The position numbers and the translations under genes are program-made. A DNA stretch of 64,000 nt, from contig CAVWVQ010000005.1 of NCBI GenBank assembly GCA_963758525.1, positions 32,001 through 96,000 of the forward strand, read 5' to 3'. The first letter of the stretch is position 1. Every line of letters starts with the position of its first letter. The stretch is from an uncultured Phycisphaerales bacterium. GTDB taxonomy: Bacteria; Planctomycetota; Phycisphaerae; Tepidisphaerales; Tepidisphaeraceae. Below are positions 31,501 through 41,687 of this stretch, piece by piece. The notes under the pieces were generated by a model, which worked only from the letters and a program-made list of their open reading frames with translations, had not been told where the DNA came from and searched no databases.

Positions 31501-31968
31501 TCTCTTTCTTTGCCGAAATCGCCGGAGAAAAAGGGCAAAAACAAGAACCGTCAACATTTTTTCGCGGTGGCGAACGGGAACGCAGCGAACGCTTTCCCGA
31601 GCGGCTTGTCAGTTGCAAGGCAATGGACGTAATAGGTTTGCGAATGAATGGTCCGGACATCGCCGCTGCATTGCTCTCCGTGATGATCTCGGATGCCGGC
31701 GAAACGCGTGATACGAATCCGTTGACTTTGCCGATGGTTTTTTTAGAGTGCGATCCATCGGACCGGTTCAACTGGTCTGACGAATCAATCGGCCTTCGGT
31801 ATGGATGCCGCGGGTCGTGAGATGAACGAATGGGCCAGGGATGGCCTCCCGCCTCAAATCGGCTTGCCGTCCCTGATGATTAATCTTGACGTCGTGTGCT
31901 GCTCGCGTTTTTGCGCGGACTTGGGGATTCGTTGGAGCAAGCGGCGGCGTCGGGTGTCGGGGTGCTGT

Positions 31969-32259
31969 ATGTCCAGAAATCCGGTGCTTGATCTGCCTTT
32001 GGGCGAGGTAATGCGATCGGAGATCGCGCTCAGCCTGCAGGTCATCAAAATTCACACAGTCGGCTCGCTGCTTCAGGCGTGGCGCAGCCCGAAGAACCAC
32101 CGCAATATCGAACAGATTTTCGATTCGCCGGAACAGGCTCGCCATGCGCTGGCGACATGTGCCGCGTGGCTGGGCGTGCAGACGCTGGCGATCGCGAACC
32201 CGGTCGGAGCGTGGTGGGCCGGCGACGGCCCCACGCCGCAGGCGTTCGCGCGGTTTTAG
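31969..32259 (+). CDS. Hypothetical protein
   Basis: Protein-like ORF MSRNPVLDLPLGEVMRSEIALSLQ...; no family recognised. Confidence 0.55.
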   Translation: MSRNPVLDLPLGEVMRSEIALSLQVIKIHTVGSLLQAWRSPKNHRNIEQIFDSPEQARHALATCAAWLGVQTLAIANPVGAWWAGDGPTPQAFARF

Positions 32260-32277
32260 ACCATTCCTCGGTCCAGG

Positions 32278-32313
32278 GTAGCGGAGCCGCGGATGCACAT
32301 CCGCGGCTGCTGC
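32278..32313. terminator. GC-rich hairpin between convergent genes (terminator or single GTAG REP)
   Basis: GTAG followed by AGCCGCGGATG-CA-CATCCGCGGCT. Confidence 0.5.
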
Positions 32314-32317
32314 AGTC

Positions 32318-33013
32318 TCACCACTGCGCCTCGTCAAACGGACTCGAAGCCGCGCGCATCTTCGGTTTGGGCTGCAGCGCGATCATCGCCTTGACGAAAC
32401 TCGCGTCGGCGACGGACCCCACGCGGACATTCAGCGGCGAGCCTTTCACAATTTTCATCTGCGACGCATGCGGCTCGGTTGCGTTCTGAACCATCTGGTC
32501 AAACACTTTGCGGGCGAAAACCTGCGGCGTCTGCGCCTGCATGAATCGGGAGGGCAGATGATAGGCCATCCCCGCAAACCCCTCGTCAATCTCGACCAGC
32601 GCCGCGCGAACCGGCGCGGCAAGCATTACGGCATCGCTCTCCTCCGCCGCTGCCATGACGGCTTCCAGATCCGTGAACGGAACCGCCGGGCGTGCCGCGT
32701 CGTGAAGGATGACGTGAGTACACTCCGCTGCGATGTTCTTTCCCGCGGCCTGAATCTGCTCCATCCATTTGGCGCCGCCAGCCACGAGCTTGACGCCATA
32801 TAAGCCGAGGTTGGCGCCGAATTTTCGTTTGGTTTCTTCGGCCGATTGTTGCGGGACGACCAGTTGTATCTGCTTGACGCTGTCGCGGTTGAGAAAGATC
32901 TCAACCGCCCTCAGGAGGCTCTCGCGGCCGTCGATTTTAACGTGCGCCCCGCCGGCTTCGCTCGAAAGCCCGGGCGGCGCGGCGGTGAGCAGAATCACGC
33001 TGAACATTGCCAT
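32318..33013 (-). CDS. IspD/TarI-like cytidylyltransferase-fold protein, divergent
   Basis: VILHDAARP and AQTPQVF present; the canonical AAGxGxR motif is replaced by TAAPPG. Confidence 0.7.
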   Translation of the reverse strand: MAMFSVILLTAAPPGLSSEAGGAHVKIDGRESLLRAVEIFLNRDSVKQIQLVVPQQSAEETKRKFGANLGLYGVKLVAGGAKWMEQIQAAGKNIAAECTHVILHDAARPAVPFTDLEAVMAAAEESDAVMLAAPVRAALVEIDEGFAGMAYHLPSRFMQAQTPQVFARKVFDQMVQNATEPHASQMKIVKGSPLNVRVGSVADASFVKAMIALQPKPKMRAASSPFDEAQW

Positions 33014-33041
33014 GGGTGTTGTCTCCAGACTCGAACGAGTC

Positions 33042-33126
33042 ATTCTGGAGGGAGGCGATGCGGTGTCAAGGCAGGGGATTTCGCCGGTGCGCGCGGAATT
33101 GACAGACCGGCCGTTGCCCCTAAAAT
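33042..33126. promoter_or_regulatory. Back-to-back sigma70-type promoters (tRNA-Ile on +, ispD-like on -)
   Basis: Plus strand: TTGACA (33099-104)-N16-TAAAAT (33121-126). Minus strand: TTGACA (33069-64)-N16-CAGAAT. Confidence 0.6.
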
Positions 33127-33162
33127 CGCCCCTCCGCGTGATTGCAGGCGGCAGGTTGAGCC

Positions 33163-33236
33163 GGGCTCGTAGCTCAGTTGGTTAGAGCGCGTCCCTGATA
33201 AGGACGAGGTCACAAGTTCGAATCTTGTCGGGCCCA
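33163..33236 (+). tRNA. tRNA-Ile (GAT), CCA not encoded
   Basis: GGGCTCG/CGGGCCC acceptor stem, D arm AGCTCAGTTGGTTAGAGC, anticodon arm CGTCC-CTGATAA-GGACG, TTCGAAT T loop. Confidence 0.97.
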
Positions 33237-33329
33237 TTATAAGACCCTGCTTCAACCTTCGGCTTACGGTGCGCGGATTTCGTCTGTTTCCCAACCGGGC
33301 ACGACGCCCACGGCACGCAAGGGACATCC

Positions 33330-33653
33330 ATGTCGGATGATCCAACAGCAATCCTGGAAGAGTTGGGACGAGTCATCGAGCAGATATACGCTGGCGCTTC
33401 CAGGGGAGTCGATTACTCGCCGCTGTTCAAGAGCGAGGGCCAGCCGCTGATCGAGAAGCTAAAGCGCGTCTCCAGTAATTGGACAAGCAGCGAAAATTTC
33501 CATGCCGCGATGGATGAACTCGAGCCGTGGTTCGTTGGCGACATGCGAGACCGACATCGGTTTCAGGGGAATGCGGTGCTGAAAAAATTGCGGCACTTCG
33601 TGGACGAGCACGACCGCCGTGAAGATCAAAACTGCATGTCTCGATTCAAGTGA
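33330..33653 (+). CDS. Hypothetical protein
   Basis: AAGGGA RBS; 107-aa helical-looking ORF directly downstream of the tRNA. Confidence 0.5.
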   Translation: MSDDPTAILEELGRVIEQIYAGASRGVDYSPLFKSEGQPLIEKLKRVSSNWTSSENFHAAMDELEPWFVGDMRDRHRFQGNAVLKKLRHFVDEHDRREDQNCMSRFK

Positions 33654-33735
33654 GGCTCAGCGAAGTCAGACCGAAGGGGAAAACCGTGCCCCACGATCAT
33701 TGCGCCGAAAAGATTGGGTGCAGTTATGACGGTGC

Positions 33736-34269
33736 TCAGCGCGGCGACGTGCGCGGGGCCTGCGTGGCGGTGCGTCGCGCGGGAGCGAGCCAGTTCCAGG
33801 TTGGACGGGGAAGAAGCTTGCGAACGCGAGCCAGGACAGGTTCGCGCTTGCGCCGGTTTGGCAACGCAACGGCAATCGGCTCTGGCGCGAGGACGAGTTG
33901 TTCCGGCGACTCCAGGAGTTCTTCAAAGGTGGCGCCCAAGACGAATTGGGTGCCGCCGGTGCCGCCCGATTCGCATCGCTCGATCGCGCAGCGGATTCCA
34001 AGCGGCCGCCCGACGAATTTTGAGAGGTCGAGGATGAACTCATCAAGCGGCCGCATCGGCTCTGAGTCGAGCATCCCCATGCCCTTCACACTCATGTCAC
34101 GAATGACCACGACTTTGCCGCGCCCCGGTTTGCCGTCGATGAGAGGGATGATGGTCGCGCGCCGCCCGAACTCCACACGGGGATGCTCGCGGCGTTCGGC
34201 TTCATCATCGCTGCAATTCACGATGCAGATGCCCAAGATCGATTGAAAGATTTCTTCCGTCAGCAGCAT
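33736..34269 (-). CDS. PilZ domain protein
   Basis: c-di-GMP motifs RREHPR (RxxxR) and DMSVKG (DxSxxG). Confidence 0.8.
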   Translation of the reverse strand: MLLTEEIFQSILGICIVNCSDDEAERREHPRVEFGRRATIIPLIDGKPGRGKVVVIRDMSVKGMGMLDSEPMRPLDEFILDLSKFVGRPLGIRCAIERCESGGTGGTQFVLGATFEELLESPEQLVLAPEPIAVALPNRRKREPVLARVRKLLPRPTWNWLAPARRTATQAPRTSPR

Positions 34270-34478
34270 TACATCTCCGAAATCGTGGGCGAACCTGCGA
34301 GTGCGGCCCGCAAGGACCTTCTCCATCAATCATCGGAATACGGGGCGGACGGATTGAGATCACCGCCGGACGGAAAACGGGCGTTATGGGGCGTTCGACA
34401 AGCCATCGGCTGTCACGTATTGTCTTTGCGAATCCTGGGCGTGATTGGGCTTGTGCAAGCAAGTGCATGGGAGCGTCT

Positions 34479-35537
34479 ATGAAAAGAAGCCGGCGCGTGA
34501 TGTGCGCGATTCTCTGCACCGTGATCTGGTGGACCGGCATTTCCACCAAGCCGTCACGGGCCGAAGACGTGATGGATGCTTCGACGCCGATGAGTCTTTA
34601 CGATCAACTGGTCGACGAATATATGAAGGGGAATTGGCAGGAGCTTGAAAAGCAATTCTCTCCGCGGAATAACGAGTTAGACAAGATCACCGGCCGACAG
34701 AGGCTGGACCTGAAGTACATGCGCGATGTGCTGGCTGAATCCAGGCCGGCGTGGTGGCGGCAGGCAAAGGAGAATCAGGAATTCAATTTCCGTCCGATGG
34801 TATGGGGCCGATCGCTGCGCGCGTCGTTTGATCCGGATGCCAAGTCGAACATCAACATCACGGTCAACAACGGGGTGGCGTCCGAGGCCTTGAAATGGGA
34901 CTCGGCCGACATGGACAATCCCGCTCCCGCGGAACATGGATTTTCCAAGGGAGATCTGTGCGATTTGAGCATCTGGTCGTGCGTCGGCGAGGCGGATTCC
35001 TATGCGATTGCATTGGCCCAGCTTCACACCAACCTGACGGCCGCCCAGAACCTTCAACTGCAGAGATTGATCGATTTCAACGGGAACCTCGCCGGTATCT
35101 ATTACGGAACTCCGATGGCGCGGCGGTGGGGGCTGTGGCTGTTTTGTGCCGCGTACCTGGACAAATACGCAGCTATGACGGTTGTCACCAGTCGAAAAGC
35201 GGTCGGCTCAATGTTCCTCGCGGAGATCGCCGCGCATCGCGCAAAATATCCCTCGATCAAGTTGCCGGAGACAGTGCCGGATGAGAAAATCGAAGAGAAT
35301 CTCTGCATCGCGTTGAAGAATTACATCGAGAAACATCCCTGGACGCTCGCGGAGGACAAACTCTTGCGCGAGCAGGTCAGGGCATTTGAAATGTTGAATC
35401 AGAAGAGCCTCATGCAGACCGGCGTCGTCAAGCTTCCAAACGGACTGATGCTGGCGTTGGATCCGGCTGCCGATGACGCGAACCAGAAGGCTCGCGATGC
35501 GTGGTTGAAGCATACGCTTGAGTATTCTTCCAAATGA
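34479..35537 (+). CDS. Hypothetical secreted protein
   Basis: Signal-peptide-like N-terminus (...SRA-ED); 352-aa ORF; no family recognised. Confidence 0.65.
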   Translation: MKRSRRVMCAILCTVIWWTGISTKPSRAEDVMDASTPMSLYDQLVDEYMKGNWQELEKQFSPRNNELDKITGRQRLDLKYMRDVLAESRPAWWRQAKENQEFNFRPMVWGRSLRASFDPDAKSNINITVNNGVASEALKWDSADMDNPAPAEHGFSKGDLCDLSIWSCVGEADSYAIALAQLHTNLTAAQNLQLQRLIDFNGNLAGIYYGTPMARRWGLWLFCAAYLDKYAAMTVVTSRKAVGSMFLAEIAAHRAKYPSIKLPETVPDEKIEENLCIALKNYIEKHPWTLAEDKLLREQVRAFEMLNQKSLMQTGVVKLPNGLMLALDPAADDANQKARDAWLKHTLEYSSK

Positions 35538-35648
35538 CCCTGGAACCGAACGGGTCATGTCCGACGTCAATTGGAATTTCGGGCAGGCTGTCCCCTTTCG
35601 GCTGCTCCGGTGAAGGGGGAAATGGAAGGGCGCTTCGCTTAGAGCTCT

Positions 35649-36176
35649 TTAACAGCGAGAGATTTCGGCGGCTTCGTAAACGCGGGCGGCGGCCAGACGG
35701 AACCAGGGTGTGAAAAGGTCGGGGGAGTTGGAAATTTCATGCATCAGCGGATCGCGAGCGACCCATCGCCAAGCCTCGATTTCGCCCGGGTCGGGACGGG
35801 GAACGCCGTCGAATCGGCCGATCAAAACATGGTCAAATTCGTACTCGGCCAGTCCGCTGAAGGGATCCTCGGCGCGGTAGGTGAAACTGAAAATCTCCCG
35901 CAGGTCGGAGGTAAAGCCGAATTCCTCCAAAAGCCTTTGTCGGGCTGCGGCGACCACGTTTTCCCCGCGGCGGGGGTGGCTGCAGCACGCGTTGGTCCAC
36001 AAGCCTCCGAAATGATATTTCGCGTGGCTGCGGCGTTGCAGCAGCATCCCCCCGCCAGCATTCATGATGAAGACCGAAAACGCGCGATGAAGCTTCCCTC
36101 CGTTCTGATGAGCCGAGAGCTTCGACTCGACGCCAAGAAACCGGTCCGATTCGTCAACGAGTATGACATCCGGCAT
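35649..36176 (-). CDS. idi: Isopentenyl-diphosphate delta-isomerase type 1
   Basis: LHRAFSVFI, LLQRR, WTNACCSHP, EYEFDHV, FTPWF. Confidence 0.95.
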   Translation of the reverse strand: MPDVILVDESDRFLGVESKLSAHQNGGKLHRAFSVFIMNAGGGMLLQRRSHAKYHFGGLWTNACCSHPRRGENVVAAARQRLLEEFGFTSDLREIFSFTYRAEDPFSGLAEYEFDHVLIGRFDGVPRPDPGEIEAWRWVARDPLMHEISNSPDLFTPWFRLAAARVYEAAEISRC

Positions 36177-36352
36177 GCGTATTTCCTTTCCGCGCTTGCG
36201 CGACCGATTATACGGCAGCGGGGCGACTGGGACGCCGCTTTGCGCGCCAAAGGCCCTTTAGGTGATCGACGATGCGCCTGACTCTCCATAGCTCCGCCGC
36301 CAATCGCGCGGACGCGGAGCCGGTTTCCGCGCGTCGCACGCTCGGCGAGCGG

Positions 36353-37395
36353 ATGGCGGTTACGACGGCGGATGCGCCCGCCAGCGCGGCACGTACGCCG
36401 GCGGCACGCATCATTTTCGCATTGACCTGTGTGCTGCTGTCGCTGGTCGTGGGCGTAGCCGCCGTCCCGCGCCCGGCCGAGCTGTTTCAGGATGTCCGGC
36501 TATTGATTCTCTTTCTTGCCATTGTTGCGTGCAGCGCGTACGGGGGCATCCTGTCGGGTCTGCTGGGAACGTTATTGGCCTATCTGGGCGCCACCGCGCT
36601 CCGCAAATATGGCGGGTTGACGTTTGGCCTGAGCCCCGCGGACTCGGGGCTGTTGGCGGCCGAGGGGCTGGCGGTAAACCTGATCGGCTGGGCGTTGGAC
36701 GTGGCGCGGGCGCGCGCTCGCCGCAAAGACGCTGATGTGCGGCAGTTGCAACGGCAAATCCTGGAGGTCGGCGACGCCGAACGGCAGCGCATCGGGCACG
36801 ACCTGCACGATGGGCTCGGCCAGCAACTGACCGGCATTTCGCTGCTCAGCGAATCGCTGGCACAGCAAGCTGCAGCGGGCAACGCGCCGACCGCGGCGGA
36901 TTTCGAGCGGGTCACCGGGCTGGCGAGCGAGGCGGTCCGCCAGACGCGCGAGCTGCGCGCAGCCTTTCGCCCCTCACTCTCGAACACGAGGGATTCGTCG
37001 CCGCGATGGAAGAGCTTAGTGGAATCGCCCGCGTGTTGTTCGGAATCGACTGCGAATGGGACTACGACGGGGACGAGATTCTGCTGGACCCCAAACGCTC
37101 GGTGCACTTGTATCGCATCGTCCAGGAAGCGGTGAGCAACGCCGTAAAGCACGGCAGAGCCAAGCGCGTACGGATCAGCGCCAGCACAAGGGGTAATGTT
37201 TTACTGCTGAATGTAGCCGATAATGGGTCAGGGCTGTCGCGCAAGACTATTACGCACCCCGGACTCGGCTTGCGAACGATGGCGTATCGTGCAAGGATGG
37301 TGGGGGCTGATCTGTCCGCAGAGCGGCTGGGCGATACCGGCGGGACGATCATTCGATGCACCTGCCACATTACTGAGCCTTCGATCGGGGCGTAG
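36353..37395 (+). CDS. NarX/HisKA_3-type membrane sensor histidine kinase; frameshift at ~36955
   Basis: TM helices, ERQRIGHDLHDGLGQQL; next frame LYRIVQEAVSNAVKH, DNGSG, GLGL. Start may be 36272. Confidence 0.85.
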
Positions 37396-37417
37396 TCGCA
37401 TTCGGGAGTCAATTGTC

Positions 37418-38122
37418 GTGAATACAGCTCATTCGGGGGTATTGGAAAAGAAATCACGCATATTGCTAATTGATGATCATCCGATCATCCGACAGGGCTT
37501 GGCTGCGCTGATCAATGCGACGGCCGACCTCTGGGTGTGCGGCGAGGCGTCCAGCGCCGCCGAGGCGATGGAGGTGATACTCACGTCGCATCCGGACCTT
37601 GTGATCGTCGATATCTCGCTGGGCGACCGCAACGGGGTTGAGTTGATTAAGGACATCGGCGCCGCGCATCCGAAGCTTCCGTCACTGGCGCTTTCGATGT
37701 ATGACGAGACGATGTACGCGGTGCGCGTCCTCAAGGCGGGCGGCCGTGGATATGTGATGAAGCAGGAGGTGCCCAAGACGGTGATCACCGCGGTGCGGCG
37801 CGTGCTGGAGGGACACGTCTACGTCAGCGAGAAGATGGCAACGCGTCTGGTCGATCATCTGGTGCTCAACCCGCAAAGCACGACGCGCGTTCATCCGATG
37901 GCGGATTTGACCGACCGCGAGCTGGAGGTGCTGACATTGCTGGGCCGCGCCCAAAGCACGCGGGAGATCGCCGAGCGGCTCTTCCTCAGCGCCAAAACGG
38001 TTGAGGCGCATCGCGAGCGCATCAAGGAGAAATTAAAGCTGAAAAACGGCAATGAGCTGATGCGCTACGCCGTCCAGTTCACGCTCGATCACGACCGGCC
38101 TGGGAAAGAAGCCCAGGCGTAA
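37418..38122 (+). CDS. NarL/LuxR-family response regulator
   Basis: LIDDHPIIRQGL, VDISL, LTDRELEVL...IAERLFLSAKTVEAHR. Confidence 0.92.
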   Translation: MNTAHSGVLEKKSRILLIDDHPIIRQGLAALINATADLWVCGEASSAAEAMEVILTSHPDLVIVDISLGDRNGVELIKDIGAAHPKLPSLALSMYDETMYAVRVLKAGGRGYVMKQEVPKTVITAVRRVLEGHVYVSEKMATRLVDHLVLNPQSTTRVHPMADLTDRELEVLTLLGRAQSTREIAERLFLSAKTVEAHRERIKEKLKLKNGNELMRYAVQFTLDHDRPGKEAQA

Positions 38123-38123
38123 C

Positions 38124-39060
38124 CTACAGCTCCCGGGCGTATCGATCCAGAGTTTCAGAAAACGACCGGGGCTCCCAGCCAAAATCGGACACAAACTTGC
38201 TCAGATCGCAGGTGTTGTCCTCCTGGCTCATCAAAACCTGGTCGCGATTGAATCCCAACAATGGCGCGATTCCCGCGGCGCAGAGAAGCTTCGCTTTCCA
38301 GACCGGAATCGGGACCACCAGCCGGTGCTTCCTGACGACGCGCAGGGCGACCGCTTCGTGCAACGCCGGCCACGTCAGTCGTTCGCTGCCGCCCAGCGGA
38401 TAGGAATGGCCGATGGTTTTTCGATTTTCCAGGCAGTCGACGAAGGCCCGCGCGACGTCTTCGACAAAGACGGGCTGCAGTTTTCCCGCTCCCCCGCGGC
38501 CCAATGGGCCTGCGCCGAAGTAGGGCATCACGGGCATGAAGAAGACCGGCGCCGGGCGCGCTTGCGCGCCCACATCGCCTCCTGCCGCATGAACGCTCCG
38601 CGAGCACCGTGGATCAACGATGGCTGGAGGATGGTCCACTCCAGCCCGCTCTGTTGAACGTATTGCTCGGCGGCGAACTTGGTACGGTGATATTCGCTTG
38701 CAGCGCCCGAGCGCGCGCCAAGGGCAGACATCTGAACGAAGCGGCCGATCCCGTTTCTGGCGGCCGCGTCCACCACGGCTCGTGTTCCGTCAACATGGAT
38801 GCGTTGGAACGTAATTCCCTCCGATGGCTTCTCCATGATGATTCCGACGAGGTGGATGACCGTCTGGCAATCCTGCATGCCGGTGTCTAGGGCCTTTGCG
38901 TCCAGAAGATCGCCGCTGATCAGCCGAAGGTTGGGGCGCGGAGCAATCGCATCGCTGCTGCGCACAGCGCGTTGATGTGAAACTGGCGTTTGGTCAGTTC
39001 CTCCAGCACGGCCGAACCGACGAAGCCGCTTCCTCCGGTTACAAACACCCGTTGCGACAT
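38124..39060 (-). CDS. NAD(P)-binding SDR (NDUFA9-like/epimerase); frameshifts at ~38960 and ~38555
   Basis: MSQRVFVTGGSGFVG, VIHLVGII, QMSALG, YHRTK, QPVFVEDVA spread over three frames. Confidence 0.8.
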
Positions 39061-39112
39061 CAGCCTGCTCCTTCTCGCTGGTTCAGATCAGCCGTACACT
39101 GCGATTGTAGGT

Positions 39113-40060
39113 ATGACGAGCCCGCCTCAAATGGTCCTGCGTCTCGGCACGCGCGGCAGTTTGCTTGCGCGCACCCAAAGCGCGCTGGTTGCGAGAATGA
39201 TCGAGCAGTTTCATCCGACCGTGGGCGTCGAGGAAATCATTTACGTCACGTCGGGCGACGCGATCTCCGACCGTCCGCTGCACGAAGTTGGCGGAAAGGG
39301 TTTGTTCACCAAGGAACTCGAACTGGCTCTTCTGCACGGCCAGATCGATCTTGCGGTCCACAGTTATAAGGACGTGCCTGTCACCGAGCCGCTGGTCGAT
39401 CAGCGGGAGCTGGTGATCGCGGCAGTGCCCGCGCGGGAAGATGCCCGCGATATTCTCGTGACTCAGACGGGATGCTCCATCGGCGATCTCCGCCAGGGCG
39501 CGCGCATCGGAACCGGCAGCCTGCGGCGAAGATGTCAGTTGCTCGCCTGTCGCCCCGACCTGATCATCGAGCCGATTCGCGGCAACATCGACACCCGGGT
39601 GCGCAAGCTCCGCGACGGACTCTTCGACGCGATCATTTTGGCCATGGCGGGGGTGAAACGGGCCTCGTTGTTCGATAGCGCGATCATGACACCGCTAAAC
39701 GAGGCGGTCATGCTTCCGGCGCCCGGGCAGGGTGCTCTGGCGATCCAATGCCGTCGCGACGACCAGCCGACGCGCCAACTGCTTGCCGCACTGAATGATG
39801 TGAACACACAGCAGTGCGCCCTGGCGGAGCGGGCACTGGTTCGCCATCTTCGCGGAGATTGCATGTCTCCGATCGGCGCGCATGCCAGCGTGAACAACGG
39901 CGCGATTCGACTCCTTGCCGCAGTGGGCGCCCGGGGCGGCAGCCTGCCTGTATTGCGCGCGGCGGGCGAAGCGCCGGATGCTGAATCGGCCGCGCGCGCG
40001 GTCTATAATGCACTGTCAGCACAAAACGTTGAGCAGGTGCTGCATGGCGCCGCATCGTGA
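39113..40060 (+). CDS. hemC: Hydroxymethylbilane synthase
   Basis: GTRGSLLA, GGKGLFTKELE, AVHSYKD, GTGSLRR, IRGNIDTR, PAPGQGAL, GDCMSPIG. Confidence 0.95.
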   Translation: MTSPPQMVLRLGTRGSLLARTQSALVARMIEQFHPTVGVEEIIYVTSGDAISDRPLHEVGGKGLFTKELELALLHGQIDLAVHSYKDVPVTEPLVDQRELVIAAVPAREDARDILVTQTGCSIGDLRQGARIGTGSLRRRCQLLACRPDLIIEPIRGNIDTRVRKLRDGLFDAIILAMAGVKRASLFDSAIMTPLNEAVMLPAPGQGALAIQCRRDDQPTRQLLAALNDVNTQQCALAERALVRHLRGDCMSPIGAHASVNNGAIRLLAAVGARGGSLPVLRAAGEAPDAESAARAVYNALSAQNVEQVLHGAAS

Positions 40061-40112
40061 AACGGCCGATCTGGGCGTGTGCATTTGCCGCGTTCAGCGC
40101 GGCAATTTTGTC

Positions 40113-41610
40113 GGGTGTGACCATTTTTTTGGGAGAGGGTACAATTCCATTGGCTCCGCCCTTTTTGGCATGGAGGCCGCTATGGACCGCGAAGCGCTGA
40201 AGCGCGAACTGACGGACCAATTCCACCAATCTCTTGATCAGGCAATGGACGCCGTGCAGCGCGCTCCGGACGGGGCGTGGATCGCGGCAAGCGAATGGGA
40301 AGTGCGCGAAGTCTTTCAGAAGCTCACTGCCCAGGCGTTTGAGCGAATTTTGCAGGCGAAGTTGGATGCCGCCAAACCGGCGGCTTTTTCCCCCTCCGGG
40401 CCATGCCAAGGCGCAGAACAAGGGAACTCACGGGCTGGACGTGCTCACCGCCGGGGGTGAAGTGCGGCTGCAGCGCAAATATTTTTGGAGCGGTGAAGCG
40501 GGCGGAACGTATCCGGCTGATGCGTTGGTGGGTGTTGAGAAGTCCAATGTGACACCGGGTGCCCGAGAGCTGTGCTGTTTGCTGGCCATCGGGCAGGATT
40601 TTGAGCAATCATGCCGGGACCTGGTACGAGTCGTTGGATTGTCAGTAAGCCGCGAGCGGCTGCGTCAGATCACCGAAGCGGAAGGCAAAGAGGTGCGCAA
40701 GGCTCGCGACGAGAGCAAGTTGCCCGCGGCGTGGTCGGCGGATGATGCGAAACTGCCCGATGGGCGCAGCCGAATTTACGGAGGCGTCGACGGGGTGATG
40801 GCTCCAACGGTCACGCAGGCGGAGAAGGACAAGCGCCGTCAGCAGCACATCACTCGCCGCCAGCAAAGGGGCAAGGCGGGGGTGGACAACACCAAGCCAT
40901 TGCCGCCGGCAAAACCTGGCACTGACGAGGGCTTCAAAGAGATGAAAATCGGCATCTTCTACGATCAGGACAAGACCCACCGCCACGCGTTTGCCACTGA
41001 GAAGCTCAGCAAGGATTTTGCCCCGCTGCTGACAAGCTATTCCAAGCAGATCGGTTTTGAACGGGCGGACCAGACCATCTGCCTCTTCGACGGAGCGGTC
41101 TGGATATACCGGCAGGTCTGCCTGGCGTTGCTCTGTTTGCAGGCGATCCTTCTCGACTTTTACCACTTGGCCGAGCATGTGCATGCCACCGCGCGGCTTT
41201 GCCTGGGCGAAGGAGAAGCCGCCCGCGACTGGGCCCATGATCGACTGACCGAGGCCAAGCAATCCGCCATCCCCGCCATGCTGGAAGCAATCACGGCCCT
41301 GGAGAAGAAAGTTCGTTCACCGGCAAAGAAGCAAAGCCTGCGTGGTCTGCAGAATTACATTGAGGAACGTCGCGAGATGCTCAACTATGGACGGGCGCTG
41401 GGTGAAGGATGGGACATCGGATCAGGTCCCACCGAAGCGACGTGCAAAACGCTGACATTGCGGATCAAGCGGCCGGGCATGAAGTGGGACCGTGACAACG
41501 CCGCAGCGATGATGAACCTGCTGGCCCTGCGAGAAAGCGGCCAATGGGACCTTTACTGGGAGCGGGAATCTCGAAAGGCCGCATGACCTCCCAAAAAAAT
41601 GGTCACACCC
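40113..41610 (+). mobile_element. Complete insertion sequence, ISKra4-like (Mutator-type DDE), 1498 bp
   Basis: Perfect 23-bp TIRs GGGTGTGACCATTTTTTTGGGAG (40113-135 / 41588-610); 8-bp TSD ATTTTGTC (40105-112 / 41611-618). Confidence 0.93.
40182..41586 (+). CDS. Transposase encoded in two overlapping frames (orfA 40182-40460; orfB to 41586)
   Basis: GGAGG RBS before MDREALK; junction at TTTTTCCCCC (40385-394); orfB has VDG, FDGAVWI, LDFYH, IGSGPTE. Confidence 0.85.
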
Positions 41611-41687
41611 ATTTTGTCAGAAACTCGTGATTCATATTGACGGCGGCATCCCGCGCCACTTACCATCGTGTGTGCGCCAGTTTGACC

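Noticed and set aside
33163..33700. tRNA-Ile as an integration site for an island
   Set aside because: No integrase nearby, and I saw no duplicate of the tRNA 3' end in the window.
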